Below, piece after piece: positions 59,712-64,000 of a stretch of 64,000 bases of DNA (the stretch's first letter is position 1; each line of letters opens with the position of its first letter). The stretch is from an uncultured Clostridia bacterium (lineage in GTDB: Bacteria > Bacillota > Clostridia > TANB77 > CAG-508): positions 12,841-76,840 of the forward strand of contig CALXUC010000001.1 in the NCBI GenBank assembly GCA_944391575.1. Reading direction: 5' to 3'. Position numbers and translations under genes: made by a program. The notes below the pieces were generated by a model that saw nothing but the letters and a program-made list of their open reading frames with translations, was not told where the DNA came from and did no database searches.

Positions 59712-61151
59712 TTATACTTTTAAAATTCCACCTAATGTTTTATTAACTTGGAATTCATCATTTCTATCTTCTTTTAAAATTTTTCCTCCACCAGATATTA
59801 CAATTACATCTCCTTGTTCTATAATTCCTTTACTCTTCATATCTTTTATACTATGAGATACTAATGCTTCTATAGAACCTTGTTTATTATATAACATAGG
59901 ATATATATTCCAAGATAATCCTAATTGTCTATATGTTTTTGGATTATCTAATATTGCATATATTGGACAACTTGGTAAAAATCCAGCTAATTTTTTTGGA
60001 CTATTTCCCGTATTTGTATATGCAAATATTGCTTTAGCTTCACTTGCCATTGCTGTAAGACATATTGCTCTTGCTGATGTTACTTGAAATGTATCGTTTT
60101 CAATATGACCTCTCCTATTAGAGAACATTGCCCAATAATCTATAGAATTTTCTGTTTCTTCTGCGATTTTAGACATTGTTTGTACACATTCTACTGGATA
60201 TTGACCAGTTGCACTTTCTGCTGATAACATTATTGCACTTGTCATATCAAATATTGCATTTGCTATATCGCTAACTTCAGCTCTAGTAGGTCTTGCATTT
60301 GTAACCATACTTTCAAGCATTTGTGTTGCTGTTATAACTGGCTTTCCTACTAAATTACATTTTTGAATAAATTTCTTTTGTAAAATTGGTACTTCATATA
60401 CAGGGATTTCAACTCCTAAATCGCCTCTTGCGACCATTATGCCGTCAGATACTTCTAATATTTCATCAAAATTATTTATTCCTTCCCTGTTTTCTATTTT
60501 AGATATTATTTTAATATTTTCTCCGCCATTTTCATTTAAAACTTTTCTAATATCTAAAACATCTTGAGCTTTTCTTATAAATGAAGCTGCCACGAAATCA
60601 AAATCCGCTTTTATACAGTATTTTAAATCACTTATATCATTTTCTGTCATACTAGGTAAATTTAATTTTAATTCTGGAACATTTATACTTTTTCTATTAG
60701 AAATTTTACCACCGTGTATTACATCACACAAAATATCTTTATCTATAATTTTCTTTACTCTTAATTCTATAATTCCGTCATTTATTAAAATTTTTGATCC
60801 CTCATATACTTCTTTATATAAATTTTTATATGTTATACTAACCCTAGTATTATCTCCAACAACATCTTCATTTAAAAGAGTAAATTCTTGGCCTTCTTCT
60901 AATATATATTCATGGTCTTTTAACTTACCAATTCTTATTTCGGGTCCCTTAGTGTCCATAAGCAAAGCTACAGGCAAGTTTAATTCTTGCCTTATCTCTT
61001 TTATATTATTTATTCTTTCTATTTGTTCTTCATAACTACCATGTGAAAAATTAATCCTTGCAACATTCATTCCTGCTTTCATTAATTTTCTTAAAACTTC
61101 TTTACTATCACTTGCAGGACCTATTGTACATACTATTTTTGTTTTTCTCAT
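59712..61151 (-). CDS. pyk: Pyruvate kinase
   Basis: N-terminal KIVCTIGPAS, MVARGDLGVEIP active-site motif, 479 aa. Confidence 0.9.
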   Translation of the reverse strand: MRKTKIVCTIGPASDSKEVLRKLMKAGMNVARINFSHGSYEEQIERINNIKEIRQELNLPVALLMDTKGPEIRIGKLKDHEYILEEGQEFTLLNEDVVGDNTRVSITYKNLYKEVYEGSKILINDGIIELRVKKIIDKDILCDVIHGGKISNRKSINVPELKLNLPSMTENDISDLKYCIKADFDFVAASFIRKAQDVLDIRKVLNENGGENIKIISKIENREGINNFDEILEVSDGIMVARGDLGVEIPVYEVPILQKKFIQKCNLVGKPVITATQMLESMVTNARPTRAEVSDIANAIFDMTSAIMLSAESATGQYPVECVQTMSKIAEETENSIDYWAMFSNRRGHIENDTFQVTSARAICLTAMASEAKAIFAYTNTGNSPKKLAGFLPSCPIYAILDNPKTYRQLGLSWNIYPMLYNKQGSIEALVSHSIKDMKSKGIIEQGDVIVISGGGKILKEDRNDEFQVNKTLGGILKV

Positions 61152-61170
61152 AACTCAATCAACGCCCCTA

Positions 61171-63759
61171 TTACTTTTCTAACCATTTAACTAAATTCAA
61201 ATTTTCTTCACGTAAAATCATATTTGTTTTAGGCACTACTCTAAAAGTATATCCATAATTTCCACTAATATTCAATTCAATAGTAGCTTCATATTCACAA
61301 ACAGTTTTACCTAAAGAATCATCTACTTCTATAAAAGTACAATTCATTGGTAGAATTTCTTTATCTTCTATTACTCCTGAACTTAATATTTTTCCATAAT
61401 ATAATTGCACTTCTATATCTTCTGCACTAATATTTTCTAATTCTACTCTACATTTTACTGTAATTTCATCTCCAACATTTGTTACTGTATGTTCTTGATT
61501 ATCTACTTGTTCTAATTTTATTTTATCCCAATTATTACGCAAATTTGCTTTCCAATTTATATATTCTTCTACTTCTTCTCTATTCTTATAATGATTTTTA
61601 GTTAAATCAGAAAGTGGCATATATAATTTTTCTGTGTACTCAACAATCATTCTTGAAGTACTATACCTCCATGAATTTGAAATTATTGATTCTTTCATTA
61701 TTTTTAGCCATTCATCTGAAAAACCATTTCTATTTAAATTATAATAAATTGGTATAATTTCTTTTTCTAAAGTATTATAGATGCTTTCACTATCAGCTCT
61801 ATCTTGCGCCTCATATGACTCATAAGTTGCATTTGTTCCTATTGCCCAACCATTTTTTCTCTTAGGGTCATATCCTTCTGCCCACCAACCATCAAGAATA
61901 CTAAAATTAATAACACCATTTGCTGCAGCTTTTTGTCCACTTGTTCCTGATGCTTCCATAGGTCTTCTTGGATTATTTAACCACACATCAACGCCACTTA
62001 CTAAATATCTTGCAATAGCTATATTATAATTTTCTAAAACAAATATTTTTCCTTTAAATTGTGGCATTTGAGAAATTTCGTTAATATATTTTAATACATT
62101 TTGTCCCTCTATATCTGCTGGATGAGCTTTACCTGAAAAGATTAATTGTACAGGTCTTTCAGGATTATTTAATAATTTAGTTATTCTTTCTAAATCTTTA
62201 AATATTAATGCAGCTCTTTTATAAGTTGCAAATCTTCTCGCAAACCCTATTGTTAATGCATTAGGATTTAATTTTGATACTATGTCTTTTATTTCATCGT
62301 ATGGCTTACCATACTTTTTATATCTTTCTACTGTATCTTTTTTTATTAATGCAAATAACTTTTCTTTTCTAACAACATGCTCTTTCCATAATCTTTCATC
62401 TGGTATGTTTCTTATATCTTTCCAAATTTCTGGCTGATAGATTTTATCTTGCCAATATGGAGTTAAATATCTATTATACAATTCTTTTATATTTTGTCCA
62501 ATCCATGTACAAGTATGAATACCATTTGTAATATATTCAATAGGTGCTTCTGAAGTAGCTATATTGTTCCATAATTCTCCAAACAATTCTTTTGAAACTT
62601 CACCATGCAACTTACTTACACCGTTTTTCTTTCCTGCGATTTTTAAAGCTAATATTGCCATATTGAATCCTTTTTCAAGTTCACCGTTTTTAGTTGGCTT
62701 CATACCTAATTTTAAGAACTCTTCTCTATCTAATCCTATTCTTCCCCAAAAATCTTTAAAATACTTTTCAACTAATGCAAGTGGGAAGACATCATTTCCT
62801 GCTGGTACAGGTGTATGTGTTGTAAAAACAGTTTTTGAAGAAACAATAGCCTTTGCTACATCAAATGATACATGTTCAGTTTCCATTATATCTCTTATTA
62901 ATTCTATAGTTACAAAAGATGAATGTCCTTCATTCATATGGTATACAGTAGGTTTTATCCCTAACTTCTTGAATAAATTTGTTCCTGCCATACCTAAAAT
63001 GATTTCTTGCCTAATTCTCATATCTTGGTCGCCACCATATAATCTTAATGTTATTTGGCGTGTTGCTTCATCATTTTCAGGTATATCTGTATCTAACAAA
63101 TACAAATTAACTCTTCCTACTGATATTTTCCATACTTTTAAAAATACTTTTTTCTTACCAAATCTTACATACGTAATTAAATCATCACCATTTTCTGTTT
63201 TTACAGGGAAAATTGGCAAACTATATAAATCTATATTTTTATATTCAGAACTTTGTGAACCATCTTGATTTATTACTTGATGAAAATATCCATTTTTATA
63301 TAAAAGTCCTACAGCTACAAATGGTAATCCCAAATCACTAGCAGATTTCAAATGGTCACCTGATAAAATTCCTAATCCTCCTGAATATATTGGTAATATT
63401 TCATCTAAGCCGTATTCAGCTGAAAAATATGCAATTAAATCATCTTCATTATCTGGATATTTTTTCTTAAACCATGTGTTTTTGCTTTCCATATAAGCAT
63501 CGAAGTCTTCAACCATTTTGTCATATTTCCTTAAAAATTCAAAATTTTCAGATGCTCTTTCTAATTTTCTTTGGTCTACTATTTTTAGAAATTTAACTGG
63601 GTTTTTTCCTACCTCTAACCATAAGTCTAAATCAATCATTTTAAATAATTGTAAAAATTCTGTGTTCCAAGACCACCATAAATTGCTTGAAACATCAAAT
63701 AATCTGTTTATTCTTTTTGGTAATTGTGGATTAACTGTTATTCTATTAAAAATGTACAT
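61171..63759 (-). CDS. Alpha-glucan phosphorylase family protein (GT35, maltodextrin/glycogen phosphorylase with DUF3417 N-terminal region)
   Basis: 862 aa; PLP-binding region ...EASGTSGQKAAANG...; length typical of Clostridial alpha-glucan phosphorylases. Confidence 0.8.
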   Translation of the reverse strand: MYIFNRITVNPQLPKRINRLFDVSSNLWWSWNTEFLQLFKMIDLDLWLEVGKNPVKFLKIVDQRKLERASENFEFLRKYDKMVEDFDAYMESKNTWFKKKYPDNEDDLIAYFSAEYGLDEILPIYSGGLGILSGDHLKSASDLGLPFVAVGLLYKNGYFHQVINQDGSQSSEYKNIDLYSLPIFPVKTENGDDLITYVRFGKKKVFLKVWKISVGRVNLYLLDTDIPENDEATRQITLRLYGGDQDMRIRQEIILGMAGTNLFKKLGIKPTVYHMNEGHSSFVTIELIRDIMETEHVSFDVAKAIVSSKTVFTTHTPVPAGNDVFPLALVEKYFKDFWGRIGLDREEFLKLGMKPTKNGELEKGFNMAILALKIAGKKNGVSKLHGEVSKELFGELWNNIATSEAPIEYITNGIHTCTWIGQNIKELYNRYLTPYWQDKIYQPEIWKDIRNIPDERLWKEHVVRKEKLFALIKKDTVERYKKYGKPYDEIKDIVSKLNPNALTIGFARRFATYKRAALIFKDLERITKLLNNPERPVQLIFSGKAHPADIEGQNVLKYINEISQMPQFKGKIFVLENYNIAIARYLVSGVDVWLNNPRRPMEASGTSGQKAAANGVINFSILDGWWAEGYDPKRKNGWAIGTNATYESYEAQDRADSESIYNTLEKEIIPIYYNLNRNGFSDEWLKIMKESIISNSWRYSTSRMIVEYTEKLYMPLSDLTKNHYKNREEVEEYINWKANLRNNWDKIKLEQVDNQEHTVTNVGDEITVKCRVELENISAEDIEVQLYYGKILSSGVIEDKEILPMNCTFIEVDDSLGKTVCEYEATIELNISGNYGYTFRVVPKTNMILREENLNLVKWLEK

Positions 63760-63865
63760 ATATATATTATCCTCCTTAGTTATTTTTAATTTTTCAATAG
63801 ATTAATTATATTTTATATTACATATTTTGTCAATTAATTTTAAAAAATTTTTAATAAAAAATGTT

Positions 63866-64000
63866 ACAATTCAAGATATACTTATTAAAAGCTTTATATA
63901 TAGCTATTTTTAGTCAAAACATAGCTAGGGTGTAACAATCCGGGTCTTGACTTGCAAATAGCTATATATAAAGCTTTTATTTAAATGCCTGCTGAATTGT
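63866..64000. repeat. Copy of MITE-like element (family 1), probably truncated by the window end
   Basis: gttacaattcaagatatacttattaaaagctttatatatagctatttttagtcaaaacatagctagggtgtaacaatccgggtcttgacttgcaaatagctatatataaagcttttatttaaatgcctgctgaattgt. Confidence 0.75.

Noticed and set aside
1-64000. CRISPR arrays, rRNA or tRNA genes
   Set aside because: I found no array of regularly spaced identical direct repeats with unique spacers. The repeat families present are palindromic dispersed elements or simple tandem repeats. No rRNA-like or tRNA cloverleaf segments were recognised apart from the tmRNA.

Overview
The window is AT-rich and looks like a low-GC Firmicute (Clostridia-like) chromosome. Almost every gene is on the minus strand. 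Core genes sit at both ends. On the left is a pyrH-frr-polyprenyl synthase-uppS-cdsA-M50 protease cluster with no dxr. On the right are rarA, ruvA, ppdK, a heterodimeric ABC exporter, uppP, pyk and an alpha-glucan phosphorylase. The middle (about 5.7-39.5 kb) is accessory. It holds a roughly 21 kb Wzy-dependent polysaccharide locus: CpsBCD, Wzx, Wzy, Ugd, a UDP-GlcA epimerase, GT2 and GT4 glycosyltransferases, a PglF/PglE/PglC-type amino-sugar pathway, and an unusual block of two ATP-grasp enzymes, an ACC-deaminase-like PLP enzyme and a HAD hydrolase. It also holds an orphan HicB, a stand-alone AAA_21-type ATPase next to a block of short tandem repeats, a radical-SAM/SPASM-VanZ-LAQTG surface protein-sortase operon, and a tmRNA gene whose 3' end is duplicated. 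After the tmRNA come small cassettes (DUF4160, LemA/DUF3137, a DUF4143 ATPase). Further right are a frameshifted PIN toxin cassette and a frameshifted Rpn-family nuclease. Structure not explained by genes includes a dispersed MITE-like palindromic element of about 120-140 bp (at least six full-length, one truncated by the window end, two degenerate and two partial copies), a second structured repeat present as an inverted pair about 42.7 kb apart that brackets the whole accessory region, and several short perfect direct repeats flanking small cassettes. No rRNA, tRNA or CRISPR array was seen.
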